64,000 nucleotides of DNA from Octopus vulgaris. Its lineage: Eukaryota. Under the pieces are notes generated by a model. The model made no database searches and was not told the DNA's origin. It worked only from the letters and a program-made list of their open reading frames with translations. How positions within the stretch are numbered: position 1 is the first letter of the stretch; each line of letters opens with the position of its first letter. The position numbers and the translations under genes were made by a program. Positions 14,156-27,623 of the stretch are shown here, piece by piece. The stretch spans positions 19,282,001-19,346,000 of the forward strand of contig OX597824.1 of the NCBI GenBank assembly GCA_951406725.2, in the 5' to 3' direction.

Positions 14156-14500
14156 ATATATATATATATTTGTCATAAGCGATGGAAGCAGCATTAGTTC
14201 AAAATAGCTTCTGTATATCTTACTCAACGTGGATGTATTGTGGAATGCCCCAAACTGTGGTAATCATCTCGAAAATGCATCTCGAAAATGCATCTCGTAT
14301 ACATGATAGTACAGCAACGCACAGAAGAATGTCAGCAGCAGATGAAAGGCGTACAACAAGGGTGGGGTAATTACTGATTCTAGATTTCTGCGTCTTTGAG
14401 CGTCATCAGTAGTAAGTCTCCATTAGCAAGAGCATGTTTATATAAGTTTAGCCTCTACCGATATACAAAAATGATGATTATCAAATCAATGGTGTCGCAG

Positions 14501-14796
14501 ATGTGAGGTTGTGAGTTCGAATCCCGGACCGGGCTGCATGTTGTTTTCTTGAGCAAGACACTTTATTTCACGCTACTCCAGTTCACTCAGCTGTAGAAAT
14601 GAGTTGCGACGTCACGGGTGCCAAGCTGTATCGGCCCCTTTGCCTTTCCCTTGGATAAAATCAGTGGCGTGGAGAGGGGAGGCCGGTATGCATGGGCGCC
14701 TGTTGGTCTTCCATAAACAAACTTGCACGGACTTGTGCCTAGGAGGGTAACTTTGTAGGTGCAATCCCACGGTCATTCGTGACCGAAGGAGGTCTC
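14501..14796 (+). mobile_element. SINE family D, 5'-truncated
   Basis: Homologous to 43800-44132 and 55220-55461; B box GTTCGAATCC. Confidence 0.85.
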
Positions 14797-15349
14797 CGAA
14801 TACCGAATTGCTGGCAGACTGAGTAAAAATTCATTAGTAACGACGGAAGCGGTGTTAGTGCAAAATAGCATTCTGTATACCTTGCTTAACGTGGGTGTAA
14901 TGTTCAAGGTAGTAAAACCTCAGTATTTATCTTGAGAAAGCAGCTTATATAGTTGTATGGTATTAAAAGGTACAAACGTCTGAGCAGCAAGCATATGTAT
15001 ATATGCGTGTATATGTGTATGTACGTACGTACATGTGTAAGAATGTACGAATGTATGTTCGTGAGTATGTGTGTATGTATTTCTGTATGTATGTACCTAT
15101 GTCTGTATGTATGTACGTACGTATGTATGTATGAACGTATGCATGTATGCATGCATTCTTCTGTATGTATGTACGTATGTATGTACATATGTATATATAC
15201 ACGTACGTATGTACGCATGTAAGTGCGTATGTATGTATATACATACGTATGTATGCATATAAGTATGTACGTACACATTCATGCATGCTTGTATATATGT
15301 ATGTACGTACGTATTCATGCGTGTATTTATGTGCGTGTGCATGTATGTA

Positions 15350-16140
15350 TCAGGTCATCCCATAAGTTCTGTCCGAATTTTGAAAAAAGAAAACAATGGA
15401 TCAAATATTATATATAATTGAAATTTAATCATCAATGTATATCTATGACTTCCTTCCATCTACTTACAAGCTTTTTAATCCCATCAATGTAAAACTCTTT
15501 TGGTTTCAAAGCGAAGAAGTCTGAAATGTCAGTTTCGGCCTCGTACTGGCTTGCGAAAGTTATATCCCCAAAATCATTCTGTAAACTACAAAACAAATAG
15601 TAGTCTGGAAGAGCTAGGTCGGGAGAATAAGGTGGATGAGGAACTTTTTCCCAACAAACTCTTTGATCTTCTGTGATGTGATCTTTGCAGTGTGGGGTCG
15701 CGCATTGTCCTGATGAAACGTAACTCCTTTTCGATTCACTAAAGCGGGTCTTTTTTTCTTTAATGTTTGGTTCAAATGCTTTAATTGCTGACAGTAGGCT
15801 TGTTGCATTAGGTAGTAACAATTCAAAGTGAAATTCTGCTTTGCAATTCCACCATATAGAGAGAAGAACCTTTTTTCTCGTGAAGTTCCCTTCTCGGTTG
15901 TGGTTGAGCATTTTACCTTTTAACAAGCCAGTTTACGACGTTTAACATTTCGATAGAAGATTCATTTTTCGACACCAGTCACAAGTCTATCCAAAAAGGG
16001 TGAAATGAGTTCGCGAGAATGGAAAGAAGAGCAGATATCAACTCGGGGTTTGAGGTTGCTTTCGGACAATTTATGAGGCACACATTTTCCAAGTTTAGGA
16101 ACCTTTCCAAGTTGTTGAAGATGACAATGAACAGTTATTT
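15350..16140 (-). mobile_element. Mariner (D,D34D) transposon relic, frameshifted, one end retained
   Basis: Motifs CVPHKL, FLDRLVTG.EK, HQDNARPH, HPPYSPDLALPDYYLF, GIKKLVSRW; TA at 15348-15349 followed by a TIR-like end. Confidence 0.92.
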
Positions 16141-16973
16141 TTCTGTATTTATTATTTTATGATTATTATATGCGAACTAAAATCTAGAAATATTAATAGC
16201 GATTATTTTGTTAAATAATTTGGTAATTAAATATTGGAGCATAACTAGGTTAAAGATATTCTATAGTTTATTAAAGGTTTTTTAAGCTAAACTATATCTT
16301 CTCAGATAAATACATATTTCTATCTATTTACTCTACTTTTTTTTACCTTAAATATTAAATATTTAACATAATAAATGTGTTGTAGGAAACTAATTCTAAT
16401 GTTTTAAGTTTCAAATTTAGTTAAGGGAGTTTATTCTATAAGAAAAATTATTATTTTATTTATTTTATAAATAAATATTGTTTAACTCTATTTGCTTATT
16501 TATTTAACTATTATTGTTAACCTGAAGATTGATTATAATTTTAAATTGAATTCATTTCAATTAAATTTAAATTTAATTGTAATTCGAATTTAGTTGTAGC
16601 CATGAAACGTACGTAGTTTTTTTTACTTATTATATATTGATTATTCATTTTTATACTTTTTGAGATCTAGTTATATGTTTTATAAACATATTTTTTATTT
16701 GTTATTTATGTCTTGGTTTATGTCTATCACTGTTTGAGTTGCATAATAGTGGTTTTATCTCTAATTTATATATATACATATATGTAGACATACATATATA
16801 TGCTCGAAATATGAGAGTAGAAATAAGCAAACAATTGATGAAGGGTAATTTTTTATGTTGTTTGTCTTGTTTTCGATTTGTGGCTTTCGTTTTTCGAAAA
16901 AATAGTTCATGTTCCATGTACTCGTACTTCGTATTATTTTGGTGTACACGTTTCGTGACGTCCTGTGCCCACA

Positions 16974-17010
<37 letters not shown>

Positions 17011-17053
17011 TATTTACATTATTATTATTGAACACCACGCATCCTCTTCCAAG

Positions 17054-17092
<39 letters not shown>

Positions 17093-17299
17093 TATGCATG
17101 TATATATACATATAGATGTAGGTATGTACATGTATGTATGTATATATGCATATATTTATATATTATTTATATTATATTATATATATATATATGGGTGTGT
17201 TAATGCATATGGGTGTACTTTCATAAGTGCATTAAGGGTGGATGGGTGTAGTATGTGTTTGCAAAGGAAAATAATGTAATGGAAATCGGGAATTACAGG

Positions 17300-17720
17300 C
17301 GATGTGGGTGGTGGAGTGGATGGCGCGGCGGCGGTTCTGATGGCGTTGGCGATGGTGGTGATGATGATGATGATGACGACGACGATGACGATGGTGGTGG
17401 CGCTGGTGGTGGTGGTGGCGTTGGTGGTGGTGGTGGCGTTGGTGGTGGTGGTGACGTTGGTGGTGTGGCGTTGGTGGTGGTGTGGTGGTGTGGTGATGGT
17501 GGTGGTTCTGTTTGGCAATGATGTCGGTGGTGATGGTAGCGACGGCTGCCGCGGTGAGTGCTGAGAGGTTAAAGGTTTAGGTTACAGTCGAGGATGAGTA
17601 ACATGCTTATAGGTCGTTTGGTGAGTAATCTTATGAAGTGTAAAGCGATGATGAGGTGAGGATCAAAGAGAGAGGAAAATGAGCGGGAGAAGGGCTGGGG
17701 GAAAGGTGGGATAGGTGGGC

Positions 17721-17751
<31 letters not shown>

Positions 17752-18502
17752 AAAAAACTGAAAGAAAGAAAGAAAGAAAAGGAAGGAACAGGTAAAGTAA
17801 TAGAAAAGGAATGGAAGGCGATCATAATAATAATATTATTAATAATAATAATAATAATAACAACAATAATAACAACAACAGCGATAATAATAACAAAAAT
17901 AATAATAACAACGATAATGATAATTATAATAATAATAATAATAATAATAATGATAATAATAATAATAGCAATAATGAGGAGGAGGAGGAGGGGGGGAGAA
18001 GAAGTAGAAGAAGAAGAAGAAGAAGAAGAAGAAGAAGAAGAAGAAGAAGAAGAAGAAGAAGAAGAAGAAGAAGAAGAAGAAGAAGAAGAAGAAGAAGAAG
18101 AAGAAATTAGAAAAGTACATTATGTCACCGTAACGTCTGTGACTTAAGAGAGATTCGAAACCCGGATATGACTAACGTAAGTTTCCCCCTTGCAGCAGTG
18201 AGCTATCCAGGCCGGGGGTGAAATGTTATGCCGTGTACCTCCTGCCACCTCACAGGCACACTCGAATACATCATCTCTCCTCCGCCCCCTCTCTCTCTCT
18301 CTCTCTCTCTCTCCGTCTCTACCTCTCTCCTTTATCTATTCTTTTTTTATATATATATATTTCTTTTTTTTTTATTTCATTTTGTTTCTTTTTTTTTCTT
18401 TCCCCTCCATCTCCCTTACCTGTCCTCCTCCGGTAACCGAGCGCCGATCCTAGAAAACGCATTAGGCGACGAACATACTACAGCAACCAATATTACCAAT
18501 AT

Positions 18503-18553
<51 letters not shown>

Positions 18554-18555
18554 CA

Positions 18556-18607
<52 letters not shown>

Positions 18608-18615
18608 CACTACCA

Positions 18616-18679
<64 letters not shown>

Positions 18680-18921
18680 CACTACCACTACCACTACCAC
18701 ATCTGCTGCTGCTACCGTTACTGCTGCTTCTTCTCCTCTCACTACTACGACTACTACTGTTACTGCTGCTGCTACTACTGCTACTATTATTACTACTACT
18801 ACTACTACTACTACTACAACTACTACTACTATTACTACTACTGTTGCTGCTGCTGCCACTACTACTACTAGTACTGCTGTTGCTGCTACTATTACTGCTA
18901 CCACAAATATTGTTGCTGCTG

Positions 18922-18968
<47 letters not shown>

Positions 18969-18976
18969 GCTGTGCA

Positions 18977-19012
<36 letters not shown>

Positions 19013-19030
19013 GCTGCTGCTGTGCAACTA

Positions 19031-19065
<35 letters not shown>

Positions 19066-19181
19066 CCTGCTACTACTACTATTACTGCTACCACAAGTAT
19101 TATTGCTAATAGTACTCATCTACTACTTCTACTACTACTGTTGCTGCTGCCACTACTACTGCACCACGAGTACTGTTGCTG

Positions 19182-19260
<79 letters not shown>

Positions 19261-19835
19261 AATCAAAGCCACCGCCAAATCCCGTTACCAATATCACCTT
19301 CTTCGCCGTATCCGCATCAATAACCCGTCACCACCGCCACCACCATCGCCCGTCTCAACGTAGTTACCGACACCACCACTGACCTCACTTCTACTACACC
19401 ACCACCACCACCACCACCACCACCACCCCCCCTACACCACCGTCCCCACTATATTCACTACCAAAGCTACCACCACCACCACCATAACCGCCACAATTTC
19501 ACCAATGCGGATACCATCAACACCAACGTCACCACCACCCCCATCACCATCAGTGTCGACTCTTCCCCTCCTTCAATTTTAACACTAAAACCACCAACCC
19601 ATACCATCATTAGCGCCGTCAGCACCGTCACCATGACAATCCCCACCACCATCCCCACCACCATCCCCACCAGTAATATCGACGCGGCCCTCGCCGTCTT
19701 CAACATGAGTAACATCAATATCCTATCATCGTCGGCGTCATCATCCTCATCATCACCACCACCACCACCACCAGCACCATCACAACCATCAGCAGCAACG
19801 CCATCACAACCAACATTACCATCACCTTCATCATT

Positions 19836-19870
<35 letters not shown>

Positions 19871-20115
19871 GAACACCACTACCACCGTCACCACCAATAT
19901 CACCACGACCATCACTACCATCACCATCACCACCACCACCACCACCACCACCACCAGCAAGCAGCACCAGCAGCAGCATCACAATCACCACCATGAACAC
20001 CACGACTTTCAACATCACCACCATCACCATCACCACCGCCATCATGTGAAAGACTAATGCCATAACGACTGACGACAAAATCTTGACCGCCATCACCACC
20101 ACCATCGTCGCCTCC
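17300..20115. repeat. Block of trinucleotide repeats: (GGT/GAT)n, (AAT)n, (GAA)n, (ACT)n, (ACC/ATC)n
   Basis: Seen directly; source of the poly-amino-acid ORFs. Confidence 0.95.
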
Positions 20116-20216
20116 AACGACTCTACCAGTCACAACCAATGCAATATGGCGGTGTGCTAATATAATGTAGCGATTGCTAAGGTGGTTTGAATGTGGTAGA
20201 AAAATGGTGACTTTAA

Positions 20217-20687
20217 GGCGGCGAGCCGGCAGAACCGTTAGCACTCCGGGCAAAATGCTGAGCGGTATTTCGTCTGTCTTTACGTTCTGAGTTCAAATTC
20301 TGCCGAGGTCGGCTTTTCCTTTAGTCCTTATGGAGTCCATAAATTAAGTACCAGTAGCGTACTGGAGTCGATCTAATCGACTGGCTCCCTACCCCAAAAT
20401 TTCGGGCCTTGTGCCTAGAGTAGAAAAGAATATTTTACGTTCTGAGTTCAAATTCCGCCGAGATCGATAAATTAAGTACCAGTTGCGTACTGGAGTCGAT
20501 CTAATCGACTGGCTCCCTACTCCAAAATTTCGGGCCTTGTGCCTAGAGTAGAAAAGAATATTTTACGTTCTGAGTTCAAATTCTGCCGAGATCGATAAAT
20601 TAAGTACCAGTTGCGCACTGGGGTCGATCTAATCGACTGGTCCCCTCCCCAAAAAATTTCTAGCCTTATGCCTAGAGTAGAAAAGAA
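20217..20687 (+). mobile_element. SINE family A, one head plus three tandem body/tail units
   Basis: GGCGGCGAGCCGGCAGAA head; TTACGTTCTGAGTTCAAATTC...CCTAGAGTAGAAAAGAA three times. Confidence 0.9.
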
Positions 20688-20758
20688 AAGTTCTGGCTCT
20701 GCAGTGGTCACGTAAGTGTCATATGGTGATAATCTAGTGTTAATATGGAAGTAATGTA

Positions 20759-20971
20759 AGGTGGTGAGCTGGTAGAATTGTAAGGACTCCGGGGGAAATG
20801 CTTAGCCACATTTCGTCCAGCTTTACGTTCAGAGTTCAAAACCCACCGTGGTCGATTTTACTTTTCATCCTTTCGGGGTTAACAAAATTAGTACCAGTTG
20901 AACGCTGGGTTTGATGTAATCGACTTACACCCTCCCCTTAAACTGCTGGCCTTGTGCCAAAATTTGAAACC
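20759..20971 (+). mobile_element. SINE family A, older diverged copy
   Basis: Same head and central domain with more substitutions. Confidence 0.8.
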
Positions 20972-21183
20972 AATATGCTATTGCTATGTGGTTGCGTAAT
21001 TATGTGGAGGTGTATAATGTTTCGTTAAATTCAAATTAGGATGAAAGTAGACAAAGTCTGCATTAGAAGCGTTGAGATGTATTGAAAGATAAGGAAATAA
21101 TTTTATTCTCAAACGCAGGATAATGCTAAAAATATAACATGAACAGGATAAACTACCTATATTTTGCAGCATGATGTGTCGGC

Positions 21184-21256
21184 GGCCAACCATGAGACTC
21201 GAACTCACATCCCTATAATTATGCGTCACAGTGCTTTACCTTTAAGCTAAACTGAC
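21184..21256 (-). pseudogene. tRNA-Met(CAT)-like pseudogene or isolated tRNA-derived head
   Basis: GTCAGTT TA GCTT AAAGGTA AAGC AC TGTGA CGCATAA TTATA GGGAT GTGAG TTCGAGT CTCAT GGTTGGC folds as a cloverleaf with many G.U pairs; G instead of U33. Confidence 0.5.
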
Positions 21257-21320
21257 CCAACAACAAATTCTTCTGCAAATTTAGGATATAAAGCCAATAG
21301 TGCATAATGCTTTGTGTTAT

Positions 21321-21732
21321 ACTCTTTTTACTCTTTTTGCTTGTTTCAGTCATTTGACTGCGGCCATGCTGGAGCACCGCCTTTAGTCGAGCAAATCGAC
21401 CCCAGTACTTATTCTTTGTAAGCCCAGTACTTATTCTATCGGTCTCTTTTGCCGAACCGCTAAGTAACGGTGACGTAAACACACCACCACCGGTTGTCAA
21501 GTGATGTTGGGGGGTGGGGGACAAACACAGACACACAAACACACACACACACATATACATATATACGACGGGCTTCTTTCAGTTTCCGTCTACCAAATCC
21601 ACTCACGAAGCTTTGGTCGGCCCGAGGCTATAGTAGAAGACACTTGTTGCCCAAGGTGCCACGCAGTGGGACTAAACCCGGAACCATGTGGTCGGTAAGC
21701 AAGCTACTTACCACGCAGCCACTCCTGCGCCT
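21321..21732 (-). mobile_element. SINE family C
   Basis: Full-length homology to the other copies. Confidence 0.9.
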
Positions 21733-22142
21733 ATTTTATGAGATACCTTAGTACAATACCGGACCAGTTATCCAGCGAGCTTAGAGCCAGAAATAACCTG
21801 AATTTCTGGATTCACCTGTTTTCTGATGACAGTCTGAGTATATACTTCTAACATAAAATTAAGTATGTAAAAAGATAAATTGTAATTTAATAGATTCAAA
21901 TTAATATATTTCTAAAGCAAGATCTGTTCGATATTTATTAATCCACTTATAATATATTAAGTTTTACCATGTATACTGAATAATGTTAATAAGATGAACA
22001 TTAAACGAAGGAAGGTATAAAACATGATTTAATTTCACAGATGCAGGTAAAGAGTAATGCGTTCCTAAGTCAGAATATGTTTAATGTATCAATCCACTCA
22101 AATTTTTAAAAAATATGGAAAGAGTAAAGCTATTTTTAATAG

Positions 22143-22365
22143 TGTTGTATTTCGGAATGGTCATTTTGCCAGTTCAGACAATAAAAACACACGCACTATA
22201 TATTTGGTGTTACTTTGCTTCAGCGTTATTCATTTTTTACATTAATCTTAATCTTATTTCGGCCAGAGTTCTTTCGTCACACTCTTGGAGCAAAGTAACA
22301 CCAAATATATAGTGCGTGTGTTTTTATTGGCTAAACTGGCAAAATGACCATTCCTAAATACAACA
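22143..22365. repeat. 77-bp inverted repeat with 69-bp spacer
   Basis: Arms 22143-22219 and 22289-22365, three mismatches by eye. Confidence 0.9.
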
Positions 22366-22515
22366 ATATCTGTTTCAACACGCGATTTCACATCAAAAAT
22401 CTTGCTAAACAAATATATAAACGTAATATTTTTAATAGGCCGTAAGCAAATTAAGCAGCTTCAAAGACTGGGTCTGTTTATTTAATACAGGGGACAGTAT
22501 ATGGCATGAAATTGT

Positions 22516-22659
22516 AGCTTGCTTACCAACCACATGGTTCCGCGTTCAGTCCCACTGCGTGGCACCTTGGGCAAGTGTCTTCTACTATAGCCTTGGGCCG
22601 ACCAAAGCCTTGTAAGTGGATTTGGTAGACGAAACTGAAAGAAGCCCGTCGATTATATG

Positions 22660-22721
<62 letters not shown>

Positions 22722-22951
22722 TGTGTGTGTGTGTGTCCATATGTTTGTGTGTCTGTGTTTGTCCCCCCAACATCGCTTGACATGTGATGCTGGTGTTTAC
22801 GTCCCCATAACTTAGTTGTTTCGGCAAAAGAGTTCGATAGAATAAGTACTAGGCTTACAAAGAATAAGTCCTGGGGTCGATTTGCTCGACTAAAGGCGGT
22901 GCTCCAGCCTGGCCGCAGTCAAATGACTGAAACAAGTAAAAGAGTAAAAGA
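22516..22951 (+). mobile_element. SINE family C, slightly 5'-truncated
   Basis: Ends AAACAAGTAAAAGAGTAAAAGA. Confidence 0.9.
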
Positions 22952-23483
22952 ATATATATCCATTATTTTCATATCAATGCAAATAGAATGCTTGCTATGC
23001 ATAATTTGTGTATAACATTTAACTACCAATTGCTAAAGAAAATTACTAGATGTTAGGAAAACAGCCAAGTAACAAGCTTATGGATCATCTACAATAAATT
23101 ACGAGAGGAGAATTTATTTGTTCTTTCTAAAAGTTAGCAATAACGTAGAAACCCGCTGCCCAACCGCAGCCACCATCTTGATTAGTCGCTTAGTTGTCAT
23201 ACAATGAGCTGTTATCGTGTTACTCCGCTCAGCTCTGCTCAGTCAGACTTACGTCATTTAATAAGTGATTAAACGCCTTGGTACAACTCACGTATCCAGT
23301 ACACCGGATATCCAACATGCTATACCGGATATCCCATACCTCCATCTTGTTGAGAACTGCATTTCCGGTATGTTGATCTCCGGAGTTGGTGACAAATTTC
23401 CTATTGCTGGTTGCTGTTTTAAGCGTGACCATTCTGTCTTTTACGGCAGCCATCGTTAATTTGCCAATCAATTTATTCCGTTT

Positions 23484-23485
<2 letters not shown>

Positions 23486-23559
<74 letters not shown>

Positions 23560-23987
23560 AAGGTAGATAGATAGATGGATGGATGGATGAATGGATGGAT
23601 GGATACATAGATACATACATACATACATACATATATGCATACATATATACATACATACATATATACATACATATATACATACATACATACATATATACAT
23701 ACATACATACATAAATACATACATACATACATACATACATACATAAATACATACATACATACATACATACATACATACATACATAAATACATACATACAT
23801 ACATACATACATACATACATACATACATACATAAATACATACATACATACATACATACATACATACATACATACATACATACATACATACATACATACAT
23901 AAATACATACATACATACATACATACATACATACATAAATACATACATAAATACATACATACATACATACATACATACATACATACA

Positions 23988-24021
<34 letters not shown>

Positions 24022-24030
24022 CATACATAC
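23486..24030. repeat. (GATA)n/(GGAT)n/(CATA)n
   Basis: Seen directly. Confidence 0.95.
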
Positions 24031-24480
24031 AGTGAACAGGTCGTAGTTTCAAAACGTCGAAAGTATTTTGATAAATTAAATTTAAATGCATTTTTTTTTT
24101 TTTCAGAAAACGAAAAAAATTGTTTCACAATTCTTTAGCAAAACAGTTGTACTACACTCTAACTATTTTTGATATCTAGGTATTTGAAGTAGCTGTAGAT
24201 ACAATAGTTTGACCAAAAGAACCGGCGAACAAAAATAAATATTTAAAAAATGCATTTGGCCCAAGTCGGAGATACGACAATTTAACATAATAGCCATGGT
24301 ATGTATTCTCATGCATATAGCCGCATACATGTATGTATGTACGTACGTATCTATGTATGTATGTATGTATGTATGTATGTATGTATGTATGTATGTATGT
24401 ATGTATGTATGTATGTATGTATGTATGTATGTATGTATGTATGTATGTATTTAGGTATTTATGTATGTATGTATGTATTA

Positions 24481-24657
24481 TGATAGATCGTTAACCACTA
24501 CACACATTTTTTCTCTCCTTGTTTTTTTTGTCTCATTCTGTAGAAGAGCGTAGGCTCGAAACGTAAAAGACTTTTTCTATTCCTGAGCGTTATACTAATG
24601 CATCTGTTTGTTTTGTACACCACCTGTCTTCGTCTTTTGTTTTTGCGTAAACTCTCC
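24481..24657 (+). mobile_element. Penelope-like family E fragment with minimal hammerhead motif (24534-24569)
   Basis: CTGTAGA-A-GAGC-gtag-GCTC-GAAAC-GTA-AAAG; flanked by (TATG)n on both sides. Confidence 0.65.
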
Positions 24658-24751
24658 TATGTATGTATGTATGTATGTATGTATGTATGTATGTATGTAT
24701 GTATGTATGTATGTATGTATGTATGCATGTATGTATGTATGTATTTATGTC

Positions 24752-24783
<32 letters not shown>

Positions 24784-25597
24784 TGTATGTATGTATGTAT
24801 ATATGTATGTATGTATGCATGTATGTATGTATGTATGTATACAGTTTCTGTCAACCAAATCCACCCTCAAGGCTTTGGTCGGTCTGAGACTATAGCAGAA
24901 GACATTTACCCAATATAGCAGAAGACATTTACGCAATAGTTTTCAAAACACACCTAGACTAATGCCATAGATAGTCATAGAGATTTCTGAGTTTGCTTCC
25001 GTAAGACTGTTTCTTGACTTCTAGCACAAAGAATTTCCAAATCAGTTTGAGACTCGGAACAATTAAAGAATTCTCTCCTGTCAGAATTTCTGCTGTCAAA
25101 TTGTGAAATACTAATTCCAATGAAATTTATGTCTTCCTTGTATTTCGAATACAGACGACGGCAATCGCATCACTTTTGAAAGCTGTTTCAATGGGATTAA
25201 AGAAGCGATAATCTTCTAGCTTTATCTCTTATTTTTTTTTACTTATTTTAGTCATTGGACTGCGGCCATGCTGGAGCACCGCCTTGAAGAATATTTAGGC
25301 AGAGAAATCGACCCAGTATTTTATTTTGATTTTTTTCTTTCAACGTCTGGTACTTGTTCTGTCAATCAATTTTGCCGAACGGCTAAGTTACGGAGACATA
25401 AACAAGCCCACATGGGAATTTTGGTCTATACCAGTACTCTTTGATCGGGCTGGAACTGTAACAAAAGACTGAACCGAAGCCAAGAGCAAATGGATTGGAT
25501 TCGACTTACTCAACCACACCACTGAGTCAAAATATCAATTAACACTATTTGCTTGCAAAAAACTTATGTTGTTATCAGAGATTTCTTAGTAATAATA

Positions 25598-26163
25598 TTG
25601 GGTTGTCCGGAAAGCTCGTATCGATTTTTAAAGGAAAGAAAATGGTCAATAAATATTTGCCATTACATTACTAATCCATCAAATATGGACCGTTTTGTTG
25701 CACAATGCGTCTCCATCTTTCCTTTAACTTGAAAATACCCTCTTCCCAGAATTGAGGTGGTTTCATGGCAAAGAATTCATCAAGGTATCTTTTTATGTCA
25801 TCCAAGGAATTGAAATTTTTACCATTAAGACTATTCTGCAGAGACCTGAATAAGTGGAAATCCGAAGGAGCAATATCTGGTGAATATGGAAGGTGGGGTA
25901 ACACATCCCAGCTGAGCTGCAGCAATTTTTGTCTGGTTCCCAAAGCATCAAGTGCCGAAAATGAACTTTCTTATCTTCCATTATAAAGGGTTACAGAATT
26001 AACACAGATTATAGGAACATAAACCTTCTTCCACGAAAAGATAGCTTAAACTGTGCTCTAAATGGAGGTGTAGTCAAATCTCATTTTATGGACTCGACCA
26101 TGTTCTAAAATAAGTCGAAAGGTAAGCTACTATAAATCGGCATGAACTTTCCGGACAACCCAA
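25598..26163 (-). mobile_element. Internally deleted non-autonomous mariner (mellifera-like), copy 1
   Basis: TIRs TTGGGTTGTCCGGAAAG.../...CTTTCCGGACAACCCAA, TA on both sides; N-terminus MEDKKVHFRHLMLWE fused to TRQKLLQLSWDVLPHLPYSPDIAPSDFHLFRSLQN. Confidence 0.95.
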
Positions 26164-26444
26164 TATGAAAGAGAAATACCCCCAACGAACGTGTCGGACC
26201 CTGAACGTCTGTTGTCGTACATCCCCAACTAGTCATGGGGTGTACAGTTATTCTGTTGGCTGATGTAACTCGTCTACGCTCTGATAAAAATAGAGAAAGC
26301 TGTCACGTGGGTTTAGTCTTATCCAATCTGCCCTCAGCAGATAGGGAGAGAAGGAAAAGCTCCATTCAGCAAGAAGCTGATAACAAGAATCCGTTGTTTG
26401 GTTTTAACACTTGAATAGATAAACATGGTACATTAACACTTTGT

Positions 26445-26680
26445 ACCATGCGGCGAGCTGCCAGAAACGTTAGCACGCCGGGCGAAATGCTCAACGGTAT
26501 TTCGTCTGCCGCCACGTTCTGAGTTCAAATTCCACCAAGATCGACTTTGCCTTTCATCCTTTCGGGGTCGATTAAATAAGTACCAGTTACGCACTGGGGG
26601 TCGATATAATCGACTTAATCCATTTGTCTGTCCTTGTATGTTCCCTCTGTGTTTACCCCCTTGTGGGTAGTAAAGAAATA
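26445..26680 (+). mobile_element. SINE family A, full length
   Basis: 18-bp TSD GGTACATTARCACTTTGT at 26427-26444 and 26681-26698. Confidence 0.9.
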
Positions 26681-26739
26681 GGTACATTAGCACTTTGTTC
26701 ATCAGTTACGGATGCCAGTGAAGTAGAGTAACTGAAATA

Positions 26740-26938
26740 TTGGTTTCAAATTTTGGTACAAGGCCAGCAATTTCTGGGGCCGGATAAGTCGATTACATCG
26801 GCCTTGGTATTCAACATGTCTTTATTTCATCGATCCTGAAAGGATGAAAAGCAAAGTCGAGCTCGGCGAAATTTGAACTGAGTACGTAAAGACGAATGAA
26901 ATGCCTAGAAGCATTTTGCCCGACGCGCTAACGATTCT
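26740..26938 (-). mobile_element. SINE family A, older copy
   Basis: Homology to family A. Confidence 0.8.
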
Positions 26939-27091
26939 GGGGACGTAAACACACCAGCATCGGTTGTCAAACGATGTTGGGGAGACTAACACAGACACAC
27001 AAACATATACACACACATACATGTGTGTGTATATATATGGAAAAAAAAGTCAAGATAGTAAAATGCTAAAATAATTTTATAAAAAACATTT

Positions 27092-27127
27092 CAGTACCGG
27101 TTTCAGTCATTGAGACTTTTTCAACTG
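27092..27127 (-). ncRNA. Minimal type I hammerhead ribozyme, U3-A8 variant (in a PLE-like fragment, ~27040-27200)
   Basis: CAG-TTGAAAA-AGTC-tcaat-GACT-GAAA-CCG-GTA-CTG; palindromic stem III ACCGGT. Confidence 0.65.
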
Positions 27128-27462
27128 TAACAATTAAACAATTAATTTTGGAAAAATTAAAAGAAAAGTTTTTTTTTAAAGAATATTTGTATAGTGTTCA
27201 AATACAAGGGGCATTTTCCTTGTTTCTACCTGTCTCTGTCTCTCTCTTGTTTACTCTTGTTTCACTCTTGTGAATTCTTGGTAGGGAAGAAGAAGAAGAA
27301 GAAGAAGAAGAAGAAGAAGAAGAAGAAGGAGGAGGAGGAGGAGGAGGAGGAGGAGGATAAGAAGAAGAAGAATGTGGGAGTGCCATGACAGTAGAATGTT
27401 GAATGGTCAGCCGCTGAGTTGGCCCAAAAATGAGCCATAGTGGATGATACTGTCGCTATATA

Positions 27463-27623
27463 AGACGGGCTTCTTTCAGTTTCCGTCTACCAAATCCACT
27501 CACAAGGCTTTGGTCAGGCCGAGGCCATAGTAAAAGATACTTACCCAAGGTGCCACTCAGTGGGACTGAACCCGGAACCATGTGGCAGGTAAGCAAGCTT
27601 CTTTACCACACAGCAGCCACTCC
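27463..27623 (-). mobile_element. SINE family C head half
   Basis: Homology to family C. Confidence 0.85.

Noticed and set aside
18169-18194. GACTAAC branch point overlapping GTAAGT and followed by CCCCCTTGCAG
   Set aside because: No coherent exon could be built on either side; may be chance
18228-19109. 293-aa Thr-rich mucin-like ORF
   Set aside because: Made of (ACT)n and (CT)n tracts with overlapping ORFs in several frames; no credible gene structure
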